Positions 1-64,000 of a stretch of DNA of 64,000 bases are shown here, piece after piece. The notes beneath the pieces were generated by a model. It had not been told where the DNA came from. It did no database searches and saw only the letters and a program-made list of their open reading frames with translations. Numbering within the stretch: the stretch's first letter is position 1; every line of letters starts with the position of its first letter. Source of the DNA: the human T2T-CHM13v2.0 reference genome, Homo sapiens; assembly GCF_009914755.1 (NCBI RefSeq), contig NC_060939.1. The stretch is one strand, 5' to 3'. The position numbers were made by a program, and so were the translations under genes.

Positions 1-423
1 ACCCCCTCTTCTCCATGGTGGGCTCATTCTGGTCTCCCGCCTCTCTTCTCTTCAGGCCTCTCGTGGAGACTAGTTCCGCTGTTTTGGTGCCTGCAGAGCC
101 TCACTGGCTTTCTAGGGCCCTGCTTGCCACGCACCACACGGGCATTCCTCTCTCTGCAGTCCTGGGACCTCCCTGGGACTCGACCAGGAAGCCAGGCACA
201 GGGCTTCACTGCTTGCAATGCTGCAAACACACCTGGCTTGGCGGCCTTGCCAGGCTCAGGCGCTTTCTCTGTGATACCAGTGTCCTTGTTATTGCCTGTA
301 CCAGAGGGGTTGGGTAGAACTTACCTTTATTCGTGATGTTTCAGATCACATTTTTTATCCATGGCTATGAGTCCTTTCCATTCTTCGAAGATCCTGGATT
401 CTGAAATTCAAAAGCCAGGGAGA

Positions 424-724
424 GGCCGGGCGCGGTGGCTTACGCTTGTAATCGCAGCACTTTGGGAGGCTGAGGTGGGCGAATCACTTGAGCCCAGGAG
501 TTCAACACCAGCCTGAGCAATATGGCGAAACCCTGTCTCTACCAAAAATACAAAAATTAGCCAGCCATGGCGGTGGGCAACTGTAATCCCAGCTACTCGG
601 GAGGCTGAGGCAGAAGGGTTGCTTGGACCCAGGAGGCAGAGTTTGCAGTCAGCCGAGATCATGCCACTGTACTCCAGCCTGGGCAACAAAGTGAGACCCT
701 ATCTCCAAAAAAAAAAAAAAAAAA
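424..724 (+). mobile_element. Alu (full length)
   Basis: ggccgggcgcggtggct...A-tail. Confidence 0.95.
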
Positions 725-1274
725 TCTAGGGAGAGACATCTCCCCCTCTGCTATCCATTCTTATGTGTCTTTCCTGATGGACTGGCTGAGTGGCTCAAAG
801 AAGAGAAGGGCAAAAGGGGAAAGGAAACTCCAGGAAGCATGCTCATTGATGAACATTTCAGAACACAGTCCGAGCACACATGTGTAAACTCCTTCACGGA
901 GTAGCTGATGGGCTCGTCTCCTTCCTCCGTGGGGCCTAGCATGGCGCTGGACCACAGCAGATGCTCCACTGATGCCCAGCGCCTCTTGCTGTTTGGCTTC
1001 ACGGCCTCCTTACACATCTCCCTCACATTTGGTAAGCACTTTACAGTTTGCAAGGCCCTTTCACAACACTTTCTGCCAGTACATCCTAACTACTTTTTGG
1101 CACAGTAGCGGTGGTTGTTTTCATTTCCAGATGAGGAAACAGGCTCAGTGAGGTTGGGTGACTTTCCTGCCCTCCACGCTCTGGGTGGAGTAAGGTGGAG
1201 TCCGCGGGCGGGGCTGCAGGGTTCTGAAGAGGTGGTGTCCTGGCTGTTGACCCCTCCTCTGTCTCATCCCCCAG

Positions 1275-51472
<50,198 letters not shown>

Positions 51473-52044
51473 GGACAGAACATGCTTGTGCTTCTGCGCT
51501 TCTGAGGGCTGTTCTCCCCCGGGAACCATCTGTCCCCACCTTCCCTTTCCCAGAGCCCTCTTCAGGGAAGCCACAGGACTTAGACCCAGCTCAATCCCAC
51601 AATTGGGAAGGGGTCATGGAGTGAGTGTGCAGAGAGTGAGTGAGGACATAAGGAAGGACATGTCCCACTCCATCCCCCTTCCTGCTCCCCCATTTCCTAA
51701 CTCCCCCAGTGTGAATTCTCAGGGTCACTTCTGCCTCCTCCCGTTTCCCCTCCACATCCAAACAGCACCCTGGTCCTCTCTATCCCCCCTCTCCTGGGGT
51801 CCCTCACATGCCCCTTCCCTTCTGTTGTGGGCTGCACACCAAAGCCTCCTCCCCTCCCCACTTCCTAGGCACTAGGATCTCTCTGTGGCTTCCCCTGCTG
51901 GGTGGTGTCACCTCTTTCTCTGCTTTCAGAGAAACCCTTCCCGCCTTTCCTCAGAGTGCTTCCCAAACTGAGGTCCCATGGCACACTGTCCTGGGAGGCG
52001 TTCAGAGGGTTCCATGATGGACTAGGTTTGGAACCACTGGGTTA

Positions 52045-52050
52045 AATAAA
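52045..52050 (+). terminator. SLC28A1 poly(A) signal AATAAA (3' UTR ~51473-52070)
   Basis: AATAAA followed ~20 nt later by a T/GT-rich tract (ctttttgtttgtttattttt). Confidence 0.85.
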
Positions 52051-52354
52051 CTTAGAGAGGGCTGTTTAGACTTTTTGTTTGTTTATTTTTTTGTTTTTTT
52101 AACTGTGAACTTGTCAGAGCTTGGTGGTTTTTTCCACATTTACTTGACCATAAAAACCTTTTCACTCTGTCACCCAGGCTAGAGTACAGTGAGGTGATCA
52201 TGGCTCACTGCAGCGTCAACCTCTCAGGCTCAAGTGATCCTCCCACCTCAGCCTCCTAAGTAGCTAGGATCATAGGCATGTACCACCATGTCCAGCTAAT
52301 TTATATATAAATACACACATATATATACATACATATATATATATATGTGTGTAT

Positions 52355-52416
<62 letters not shown>

Positions 52417-52639
52417 GGTAGAGATGAGGTCTTGCTATGTTGCCCAGGCTGGTCTCAGACTCCTGGACTCAAGTAGTCTGCCCACCTTGGCTTCCCAATG
52501 TGTTGGGATTATAAGCATAAGTCACTGTATCTGGCCCATAAGAACCTTTTTGATGGAAGTGTCTCAGTTGAAGATTTTGTGGAATACAACTTGGGAAATA
52601 TTGGCTAATGTTCAAACTGCTTTACTCTAGGCAACTGTA

Positions 52640-52848
52640 ATGTTAGCAAATGCTTATGTGGCACTGTGTGCCAGGCACTGTTCTCAGCGCTTTATATATT
52701 TTAACTCAATCCTTACAACAACTTCATGCAGTAGGTGTTATTATTGTCACTAGTTGAGGAATCGGAGTCGCGGACAGGTTAAGTTATGTGCCTAAAGGGA
52801 CAGAGCTGGGAAGAGGCAGAGGCAGGATTTGAGCCAGGCCACCTAGTT
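52640..52848 (-). mobile_element. MIR element
   Basis: tgtgccaggcactgttctcagcgctttata...aatccttacaacaac...ggttaagttatgtgcctaaagg...ggatttgagccagg. Confidence 0.8.
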
Positions 52849-52922
52849 CTGGGTGGTATAGGGGTGCCCCGAGCCCATCTGAGGGGAGCCCCTCCTCATG
52901 CATCTTCTGTATTTTCAGGTCA
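52849..52922 (+). repeat. Duplicated copy of the splice-acceptor region 49648-49721
   Basis: 71/74 nt identical to 49648-49721, including catgcatcttctgtattttcag|GTCA. Confidence 0.92.
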
Positions 52923-53784
52923 TAACACAAACTGCGATGTGGGGCCTCTCTGTTGGGCTGCTGGTGTTCAGGGAACCCTGATGTGTGGCCCGCCCTCACC
53001 TCCCTCGCTGCCTTTCCTCCCCACCCCAAGCCCTCTGTGCCACTAGGTGAGGCCCGATGTCCCTCCCCTGCCTTCATTTCTGGAGTTCCTATCACCAGCA
53101 TGCCCTCTCCATCTCCCTGCCGCCTGCCCTGCTCCCATCTCAGTTCTCATTTTCCCCAGCAGCTTTGGCTTCCAGGACCTGCGATGCACCCTGCCCTTGT
53201 GGCTGCTGGGGCCCTACACCCTCACCCCTACCTGCCAGGTCCAACTTCTTTCCTAGCTGGGGCTGACCCTGACCTAGGGCAGTGGGAGGGTGGAGCCCTG
53301 GCCAGCAGTTATTCAGCTCAGCCCCAGTGAGCCAGGTCCTGTTTCTGTTCTGCCACAGACTTTGGTTCCAGTGGGCAGCAGCCTTGCTCCTTGTGAGCCC
53401 CACAGGCTGACCTGGGTCCCCATCCTCAGGGCCTGTGTCCTTCCCTTAGCTCCACAGAGTGGAGGCTTGGCCTGACTCCTGTAGCTCCAGCTAGGCTCTT
53501 GCCTTCTCTCTGCAGCCCTCCCTCAGTCCTTGCTACCTGCTCCAGCTGCCCTTGGGCTGTGGGCAGGGTGCCCTGTTGATATGGACAACACAGTCCTCTC
53601 CCAGGATTGGCCCTCCGCCCCTTCCCTGCCCATATGTTGGCCTCAGCTCCACTAGCTGGGTCATGGAACAGCCCAAGGACTGCCCTTGACCCCCTTCTCT
53701 GGACTCCCTGCACGCTCATTCTGTGGCCAGTGGCCTTCCCTAGAAGACTGCAGGCCACTTGAATATAGGGCTCACACTGTACCC

Positions 53785-54145
53785 TTCTGTCTTAGTCAGT
53801 TTTGGCTGATAACAAAATACCATAAATGGGATAGCTTATAAACAACAGAAATGTATTTCTCACAGCTCTTGAGGCTGGGAAGTCCAAAATCAAGGTGCTA
53901 GAAGATGCTGTGCCTGGTGAGAGCCAGTTTCTCATAGGTGGCACCTTCTCCCTGTGTCCTCACATGGCAGAAGAGGCTAATGAGATCCCTGGGGCCTCTT
54001 GCATAAGGACACTAATCCCATTCATGTGGGCTTTACTCTCATGACCTTATCACCTCCCAAAGACCCCCCCTCCTAATACCTTCACCTTGGGGGCTAGGAT
54101 TTCAGCATATGAACTTTGAGGAGACATGAACATTCAGACCATAGC
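53785..54145. mobile_element. MLT1A0-like MaLR LTR
   Basis: tgtcttagtcagttttggctgataacaaaataccata...aacattcagaccatagca. Confidence 0.85.
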
Positions 54146-57094
54146 AAATAGTAGTGTGAGCTATTAACAAGAGGGGAAAATGGGTGTGGGATATATGGGA
54201 GCTCGGTAGTATTGGTGCAACATTTTGTAAGTCTAAACTATTCTAAAATTTAATAGTTTATTTTTTAAATGGCATGGGGAAAAAAAACTGCGTGGACACA
54301 GATGCTGTATAACTTGTAATTCAGCCCATGGGTAACTCTGTCCTAGACAATGCATGTCCCAGTAGGCAACATGCCAAGGTCTGTGAGTTGACTAATGGGC
54401 TACATTGACCCCCCTTCTGCCCCTTTCTTCCCATGGCCCTGCCCTCACCTCTGCTGCCCCCTCAATTTAATTCAAGCTCATGCCTTCAGCTGAATGTTAA
54501 TTAGTCCTGACCTCTTTGCAACCACATGAAGAATATCATCTGCTTGAAATTACTTTTGACTTGGGATTAGTGAGCCCTGAGGTTGGACAGGACCTTAAAC
54601 ATCATTTTGAGGGTGTCTACCTCCCCATCCAGCTTTTCTGAGAATGTTTATACCCACTGTATGGATGGCCTCTGTCAACATGTTTTTATGTTTGAGTCAT
54701 GAGACTCCATTCCCATGAGTGATTTGCTATTGAACCAGGATTGAATGCCTGACTCAGGGCAGGCCAAATCTGTACTCTTGCCAATGGCCTTTTGGATTCT
54801 TGGGAAGGAATATGAATTATAAAACCCAGAAACAGAGCTGGGAGCTGAGTCACCACGGTGGGGCTATGGCTTGGAGCTGACCTCATTCCCTCCCTTACTG
54901 CAGCCCAGTTGTTCTGCTTTTCCTTGGATTCCATGACAGCCAAATTCTTTCCAGAAATCCCCTCTAACCTAAACTAATTGAGAAGGTTCCTCTTTGTAAT
55001 GAGAAGGACATTGCCTAGGATAGTCACTTTGTTAACCCCCGATTCTGCTTGAAATCAAGCAGTCATTCATCATTTGCTTAAACCTCATCAAGATAATAAC
55101 CTCACGCCTCTCATTGCTACTCCACATTGGAGAGCTCCACTTCTGAGAAGGTTCTTTTTTGATTTTGCATCAAAAAGTGTTTTGCTTTGATCCATCCCAG
55201 TTTTGCCATTCTGGGCCACTCTGAATGGGTCTCATCTCATATGTATATCTTTGTTGTCCTTTTTCCTACTTACCAAAGTAATACTTGCCCATTAGTTTTA
55301 AAAAGTCAAATCTTAAAACTTATAGAAATGGTTTAATCCCTTTTCCACATGACAATCCATCAAGTATTTGAAGATGATGCCCATCCAGGCTTCCCTTCTC
55401 TGAGCCAGGCACCCTTAGTTCTTTCAGCTGTTCCTCACATAACACATAGCAGGGTTTCAAAATTTGCTCCAGACCTGATTCGAAGCTGTTCTGAATTTGT
55501 GTGCAGACAGTGCATGAGTCAAGAGCAAGTCGAAGATGAAGCCAGAACACAGCATGGTAAATATGATCTCATGGGTGGAACCAAGATGCTGTGATGAGAC
55601 TAAAGATTGGATATGGTCTTAGGAGGATATTTGAAAGAGGCAGACTTATTAGGAAGGGTGTTTTGCTTTGTTGTTTGTTTTGTTTGAGATGGGGCCTCTG
55701 TTGCCTGGGCTGCTGTGCAGTAGCGCAAAAATCCTGGCTTGCTGCAGCCTGGACCTCCTGTGCTCAAGGGGTCCTCCCACCTCAGCCTCCCACCTCAGCC
55801 TCCCAAGTAGCTGAGACTACAGGTGTGTGCCACCATGCCCGGCTAATTTTTTTTTTTTTTTTTTTTTTAGAGATGGCGGGGACTCTCTCTATGTTGCCCA
55901 GGCTGGTCTTGAACTCCTGGCCTCAAGTGATTCACCCATCTCTGCCTCCCAAAGTGCTTGGATTACAGGTTTGAGCCACTGTGCCCAGCCTTAGGAAGGG
56001 TGTTAAGAAGCTACATGCCTGCTTCAGAAATCCTCAAATCCGAGGGCTTGCATGTTGAGGGTATAATTTGAAGAGCAGTTGTCATTTAGGAGAGAATGAG
56101 AGAAAGTCCTGGCCTGGATCATAAAGGCACTATCTCTAGGACACAGCAGGAATGGGGTGGGAAGGACCTTATCTACAGGGGCATCCTAATTGCCCACCAC
56201 CAAGGAGTGCAACAAGTTCCTACCTTGCCTGGAGGTTGCTTTCCATTTCCTGAGTGAGAGAAACTGCAGCTTTGGATGAAGTTCTGACAAAGATATGGAA
56301 TGGTGGAATGGGGACAATTTGCCAACAGAGACTTTGTCACTGGCAGGGATGGGGAGGCAGCACAGACAGGCGATTGTCCCACACTTGAGAATAAAGCCAT
56401 TTAGGAAAGAGATTCTGCAAGGAAAGGCAGCGCTTGGATTGAACCCTGTCTCTGCTGGGCAAAATATCCTAATGAGGAAGGAAAGGCAGAGGCAACAAAA
56501 GAAATCAACGTGGCTATGAGTGAATAGCAAGGATCTCATTCATAAACTCAAAATTTTAAAATATCAGGCACCAACATCAGGCTGAAGAACACTTGACCCG
56601 TGTAGAAAGACAGCTGGCTGTCCTCCAGTCGCCAGTCTCTTTTTTTTTTTTTTTAGTAAAAACTGACAATCCAGCTGGGCATGTGGCCACTTACAATAAA
56701 AACTACATTTCTCAGCTAGGCGCGGTAGCTCAGGCCTGTAATCCCAACACTTTGGGAGGCTGAGGTGGGAAGAGTTCAAGATCAGCCTGTGCAACATAGT
56801 GAGACCCTGTCTCCATAAAAAATAAAAAATTAGCTGGGCATGACGGTGTGTGCAAGCAGTCCTAGATACTCACGAGGTTGAGGTGGGAGGATCACTTGAG
56901 CCTGGGAGATTGAGACTGCAGTAAGCTGATAGCACCACTGCACTCCAGCCTGGGTGACAAGAGTGACTCTGTCTTAAAAGAAAAAGAAAAAGGACTACAT
57001 TTCTCAACCTTCCTGGGTTAGGGGTGGCCATGGTCTGGCCAGTGGGGTGTGAGCAGAAGTCCAGTAGGCAGCCTCCCATCATGCCCTTGGAAGA

Positions 57095-57290
57095 GGGTTC
57101 TGGTGACTTTTTCTTAAGGGTCAGATAGTAAATATTTCAGCTTTCGTGGGCCATATTGCCGTGTTACGACTACTCAACTCTGCACTTGTAGTTGAAAGCA
57201 GCCATAGACAAACAGAGTGGCTGTGTTCCGATAAAGCCTGTTTGCAAAAACAGGAGGCCAACCTGCAGGCTGTGGTTGCTGACCCCTGCC
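57095..57290. mobile_element. MER58A-like hAT DNA transposon
   Basis: aagggtcagatagtaaatatttcagctttcgtgggccata...gttgctgacccctg. Confidence 0.75.
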
Positions 57291-58789
57291 TTAGATAAAT
57301 GGGGGCATCCCACACGTTCTTGGTATATTTCACATTTTTGCTCCATGCTAGTTGGAATGCAGATGGGAAGGTGAGCAAGCTTGGACCATGAAGACAAAGG
57401 CAACACCCGAGAGATGGAGCAGCTTCAAGTTGAAGGGAGCCTGAGGCCGTGGCTCGCCTCTGTAGTCCCAGCACTTTGGAAGGCCAAGGTGGGCAGATCT
57501 CTTGAGCCCTGGAGTTTGAGACCAGCCTGGGCAAAATGGTGAAACCCCTTCGAGAAAAATTAGCTGGGAATGGTGGTGGGCACCTGTAGTCCCAGCTGCT
57601 TGGGAGGCTGAGACAGGCTTGAGCCTGGGAGGTGGAGGCTACAGTGAGCCATGACCCACTGCACTCCAGCTCAGGTGACAGAGCGAGACCCTGTCTTAAA
57701 AAAAAATAATTAAAAAAAAAAAAAAAGAAGGAGTCTGGGGTCCTGATGTCTTTGCAGAGCAAGACTGCCACGACAGCACAAACTTTATGTGAGAGGGGAA
57801 TAAGTTTCTATCTCCTTTATGTTATTATTTGGGATCTCTTATATGAGCCTGCTAGTAGACAGGAAGAATAAGATAGGTGGCAAGAAGGAGCAGATTTGCC
57901 TCTTTCCTGCGGGGATCCTGATGAACAAATGGGAACAAGCTATTATTAACAAAGTGCCCATCATCCCTGCCTGGCACTCCTGGTTCTCTGGTAACATGGG
58001 GCTGGTACATTCACCTGGAGTCCTAAATGGGCCCGCTCCTTCTGACAAAGTCTAAATCTGAAACATACCTCCCACTGGCCACCAAGACTTCAGAGAAAAA
58101 AGAGAGACTCCTGATACATATCCGAGGGGAAGTGGAAAGAGAGCCAGATGGCCAAACTGCAAAGTTTTCCAATTTAGCTTCATGATGGGAAAACACCAGA
58201 GACAGAAGGCAAGGCGAGGCAAGGGAGGCTCACAGCAGTTTCCAGCCTCAGGCTTACAGAAGCAGGAGTCGGCAGAGGTCCATGTGCTGTGTATAACCTT
58301 TCAACACACAGTGACCTGATCCACTGGTAAGTGTGGCCCAGTCTACCCACTAAGATCCGTGTTCCCTCCCCTTGAAGAACAGCAAGGAACTAGAACAGGA
58401 GCTAGAAGAAGGACAGGCTTCTCAGGTCCCCATCCTGCTCCCCTCCCACCTGCCAAACACTGCAAATTATGTTGAGAGCAAAAAAGAACAAGGAAGAGAT
58501 GATCCCACAAGGACTGCTTGGAGCAGTTTTCTCATCCTCACACAGGCTGTGTGGCTATCTGCTCTCTATACAGACATCTTTCCTATCTTTCCAAGGTGGG
58601 ACTCATTTCTCATCTACAAGTAAGAAGGCAGTAACCCACAGATCAAGACTGCCAACCAGATGGACACACGAAATGCTGCTACACACTCTCCTACACGTCA
58701 GTAAATTCCTTCCATCCAATGACTCCATGTGCTTCAGTGACGGACCATGAGTGAGCCTGACCAGGCTGGAGATGCCACCACGCAGGTTA

Positions 58790-59149
<360 letters not shown>

Positions 59150-61059
59150 TTAATAATAAAGTATAAAGAAAAGTTATTTAAAGATAGAAAATTCACTTTA
59201 TAAACAAAAGATTGCTTTTATCCCTTGAAACTTCCTTCCTCAATAAGATTCTTTTCTACTTTTAGAGGAGTCCATTGTTTATATTACCAAACTATTCTTT
59301 TCAATGCCATCGCATCAATTAGAAGACAAATAAGCTCCATCAAAGCATACAGCTTTCAAGGGATCTTTTCTTGGGCAGTGCCCAGAGGGCAGATATTTCT
59401 AATCTCTAATCCTTTTTGGATCTGGGGCATGTCATTATTTCAGTGTCAGCTGCTCTGAGCCAGAGTGTGGCCCGATGCTGCAGTCTGGGACCAGGGTCCT
59501 CCAGGTAGGCCCAGAACCCAGAGGTGAGAAAGTCTAATGGCTGGTATGGAAAAGACAGGGCCTCCTTCTGAAAAGTTCCGTAACTCGGTGAATCATCTTC
59601 AATGACTTAAACTGTTAGGAGTCTCAGGAAGTTCATGTCAAGAGCTCTCAACAGCTGGTGGGTTTTATCACTTAGAGGTGTGTCACTGTAATTAATTGAT
59701 TCCTTTATAACAGTGGAAAGCCTGAGCCAGGTGGCTCACACCTGTAATCCCAGCACTTTGGGAGACTGAGGCTGGAAGATTGCTTTGAGCCCATGAGTTC
59801 AAGACCGGCCTGGGCAAGATAGCGAGACCTTGTCTCCACTAAAAATTTAAAAATTAGCCCAGCATGGTGACAAGCACCTGCAGTCCTGGGAGTCTGAGAC
59901 AGGAGGATTGCTTGAGCTCAGGAATGTGAGGCTACAGTGAGCTGTGATCACACCACTGCACTCCAGCCTGGGTGACAGAGCAAGATGCAGTTTCAAAAAT
60001 AAATAAGAAAAGTAGAAAAATATAATAGTGAAAGTACTGGAGTTTATGAATGATTTACCTCATTTGTAAAAAATGTATAAATCAGAGGGGTATATTACTT
60101 AGGATTCTTTTGGTTGCAAATGACAGACAACAAATCAAATAGCTTAGGAGAAGAGGAATGTATGGGCACCAGGAGGGATGAGGGTGTAGCTGCAGGCAGC
60201 TGGGCCTGGGGACTTCATGACTCTAGGGCTCTGCCTACCGCTGAGTTCCTGCTTTTGTTGTGTTTGTGTCTTCCTGCACTGTGACCTCCTTCTACTGAAT
60301 TGGATTTCTCCATAAGACTGGACCATGGCCATCAGAAAATCATGGGTTCATATATTAGCTTGTTTTCCTGATAGCTAGTTGTGGCAAAGAAAGCAAACCT
60401 CCAAGAATGTGATTGATCTGTCAGGGACGTGTGCCCTCCTCCAGACCCATTGTTGAGGCCTAGAAAATGGGATAGGGTGATCAGTGTGGCCTGGCTCTTC
60501 TGCCCACCCCTGAAGCAATCACTGTGACCAGGGAGGTAGAAGCTGGCAGCTCCTATTTGAACAGAAAGGGAAGGAGGAGCAGTTTCCCACGAGATCGGGG
60601 GTGTTGTTTCCTGATGAAAGCAACCATTCTTTCCATTTATCTATAAAGATTTCAAATGATAGCATATCTTCAAAAATCTGAGATAATAGAAATAATGGAA
60701 ATGTAGCGCTTGAAATAATTTAGGGAAAAAGGGACTAACGTTTTCTGAATGCTTATTGTGAGACAAGTTATTTGCATATGCTGTCCGTGTAATCCTTAAA
60801 AACAAACAAACTATGTGAGGTAGATATTATTATCCCCATTTTACCAACAAGGCAACTGAGACGTGGAGAAGTGAAGTGGTTTGCTCAAGGGCACACAGTT
60901 CAGCGGCTGAGCCAGGTTTTGAACCCAGTTCTGTTTGGTTTTAATGCCAGATACTTAACCATTGTAGCACGTTGGCTTCCTCATTGATCTGCCTAGTAAA
61001 CAGGTATATGATATGTGTAAAATACTTTACATTATTTTTATTTTAATTAATAATACTGA

Positions 61060-61625
61060 GTCATTGTGGTATTTTTATGACATGGCTGCAAATTTTCTAA
61101 CACTCCTCCCATGAAGCAGTCAGATCTATGTCCTCTCCCTGTTAATCTGGGCAGGCTTGTGACTGCTTTGAGAAAGACGGCATGGTAGGAATGATGCCAT
61201 GTGACTTCTGAGGCTGGGTCATGAAAGCCCAGGCAGTTTTGGTCTTGTTCACTGGGACACTCACTCTTAGCACTCTGACCCACCACAAAGAAAGAGTTCT
61301 CCCTGCTCTGTGGCTGCCACGCTGTGAGGAACCCAAGTCATCTGGAGGAGTAACATGTAGGCACCAGGTCAACTGTCCCAGCTGAGCCCAGCCTGCAAGT
61401 CATCATAGCCCAAGTGCCAGACACGAGCGAAAAAGCCTCTGGGTGGTTCCAGCCCACAGCCATTCGAATCTTCCCCACTGAGGCCTCAGACATCATGGAA
61501 CTGAGACAAGCCATCCCCTTTGGTGCCCATCTAAATTCCTGAGACAGTGAATCCGAGAGCATAATGGATGGTAGTGGTTTTATGCAACGGGTTTGGGATG
61601 TTTATTCCATAGCAACAGATAACTG
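61060..61625. mobile_element. MLT1-type MaLR LTR
   Basis: tgtggt...gtgacttctgaggctgggtcat...ccatagcaacagataact. Confidence 0.7.
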
Positions 61626-62608
61626 GAAGAGCCTCAGAACAGCAATCAAAGATGTCTGACCGTGAAGCATCTGGAATACAAGAAGATGAAACTGAGGAAC
61701 GCTTTGCATCAGTAAAGTAGCAAAGTCATGATTTTTCCCAATACAGAAGCTCTTGGAACACTCGCGCTGCAGTCTCCCTTCTTCCACCAGGTGGGGTGGA
61801 TGCATTGGTGGCTGCCTCCACAGCAGTTCCTCACGGAGCAGTGGAAGACTGGGTTTCTTTGGTTCAGCGGGACTGTGGCTGACCCCACCCCAGCTGGGAT
61901 CCCTGGCTGCGAGGCTGCAGAGCACAGAGCCCCAGGAGGGCTTCGTTTTGGCTGCTGCTGGGAGCCTCTCCCTTTTGTGGGGGAGGTCGGTGCCTCTGAA
62001 GGAGGATAGAATCTGAAAACATATTCTCCTGGCAGGCTCTACCATCCCACTGCACTCCTATCAGGGTTGTGGACAGGAGGAGTCACTCTCTGTGTAATGC
62101 AGCCCCCTAGGTGCGGCTCAATTTTCCCTCCCATTGGACCTGAGGTAGGGGCATTGACCCCAGCCTTCCTGATCAAGGGATAGGATCCACAGCGAACCCC
62201 CAACTTCCTCCTTCCCTCTCCACATTTCCTTTTTCCCTTCCATTCAAATCAAAGTACAACAGATACTTGATTTTTAAAGTCAAATGGTACCATAGTTATA
62301 TCAGCAACAATAACAGGAAAACATTTCGGTAATTCCCTCCCCATCCCTGACTTCTCCCCTTCAAACTCTTTCAGTCATTTCTGTTACTTACATCCATATT
62401 TCTAAGTAATGCATCCATACTGCTATTTTCTCAAATTAGTGATTTTAGATAGTGCCTTTTTACTCCCCATTACAGAAGATGAAGCATTAACTCTTTCATA
62501 CCACCCCATATTCCATTTGTCCTCCCTTTCTCCTCCCAACATGGTAATATACAACTTTCAGAAAAAGCTGTATTCCATTAATGTGTTTCTGTCTGATTAT
62601 GGCTATAA

Positions 62609-63121
<513 letters not shown>

Positions 63122-63516
63122 TAAGACAGTAAGATGTGCCATTTTTTATGTACCACTAAGAAAGAACACTCCCAACTAAACTGTGACACTCCATTGTTTG
63201 TAGGATGCATCTCCATATCAGAAATGTTAAAATGTGAAAAATTTATGCATTTTCAAATCCATATAACTTGTTTTTTTGTTTTTGTTGCTTAGATTTCTTT
63301 TTAACTGTCATTATTTCTTCCCAAATTTGTTAAGAAAATTATTTTTAATTTTTAAACAACTTTATTGACATATAATGATATACTATAAAATTACCCTATA
63401 GTGTAAAATTCAATGGTTTTTAGTATATTTAGTTGTACAGCCCATCACCAGAATCTATTTAAGAATATTGTCATCACCCGAGAAGTCATTCCCCAACTCC
63501 ATTCTTTTGCACGTAG

Positions 63517-63771
<255 letters not shown>

Positions 63772-64000
63772 TGATCCACCCATCTATGCCTCCCAAATTT
63801 CTGGGATTACAGGCATGAGCCACCATGCCTGGCCGACAACACTATTCTCTCTGATTGAATTGTTTTGGCACCGTTGTCAAAAATCAATTGACCATAATAT
63901 GAGGGTTTATTTTTGAGCTCTTAATTCTATTCCATTTATCTGTAGTCTATCCTCATGCCACTACCACACTATTTTGATTACTGTAGCTTTGTAGGAAGGT

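Overview
Human (primate) genomic DNA, Alu/L1/MIR/MLT-rich, carrying the 3' part of SLC28A1 (concentrative Na+/nucleoside cotransporter CNT1) on the + strand. There are 14 GT-AG coding exons from codon 93 to the TGA stop (1275-51472), with exon lengths and phases that reconstruct an uninterrupted CNT1 reading frame, a poly(A) signal at 52045, and an alternative terminal exon at 1713 giving a 175-aa truncated isoform. Codon numbering uses the 649-aa hCNT1 sequence as I recall it. This haplotype encodes Cys at codon 510 (R510C relative to the usual Arg). The intron 41789-49717 holds a cluster of antisense retrocopies: a U6/L1 chimera with TSDs, a second U6 copy and an HMGB1 processed pseudogene. 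The most unusual structure is a 74-bp, 71/74-identical copy of the splice acceptor of the exon at 49718, placed within or at the edge of a MIR ~0.85 kb downstream of the poly(A) signal, where it creates a candidate cryptic/alternative exon. Two short introns are 3n and stop-free. No prokaryotic-type systems are present. Nearly all ORFs in the supplied track are Alu, simple-repeat or chance ORFs.
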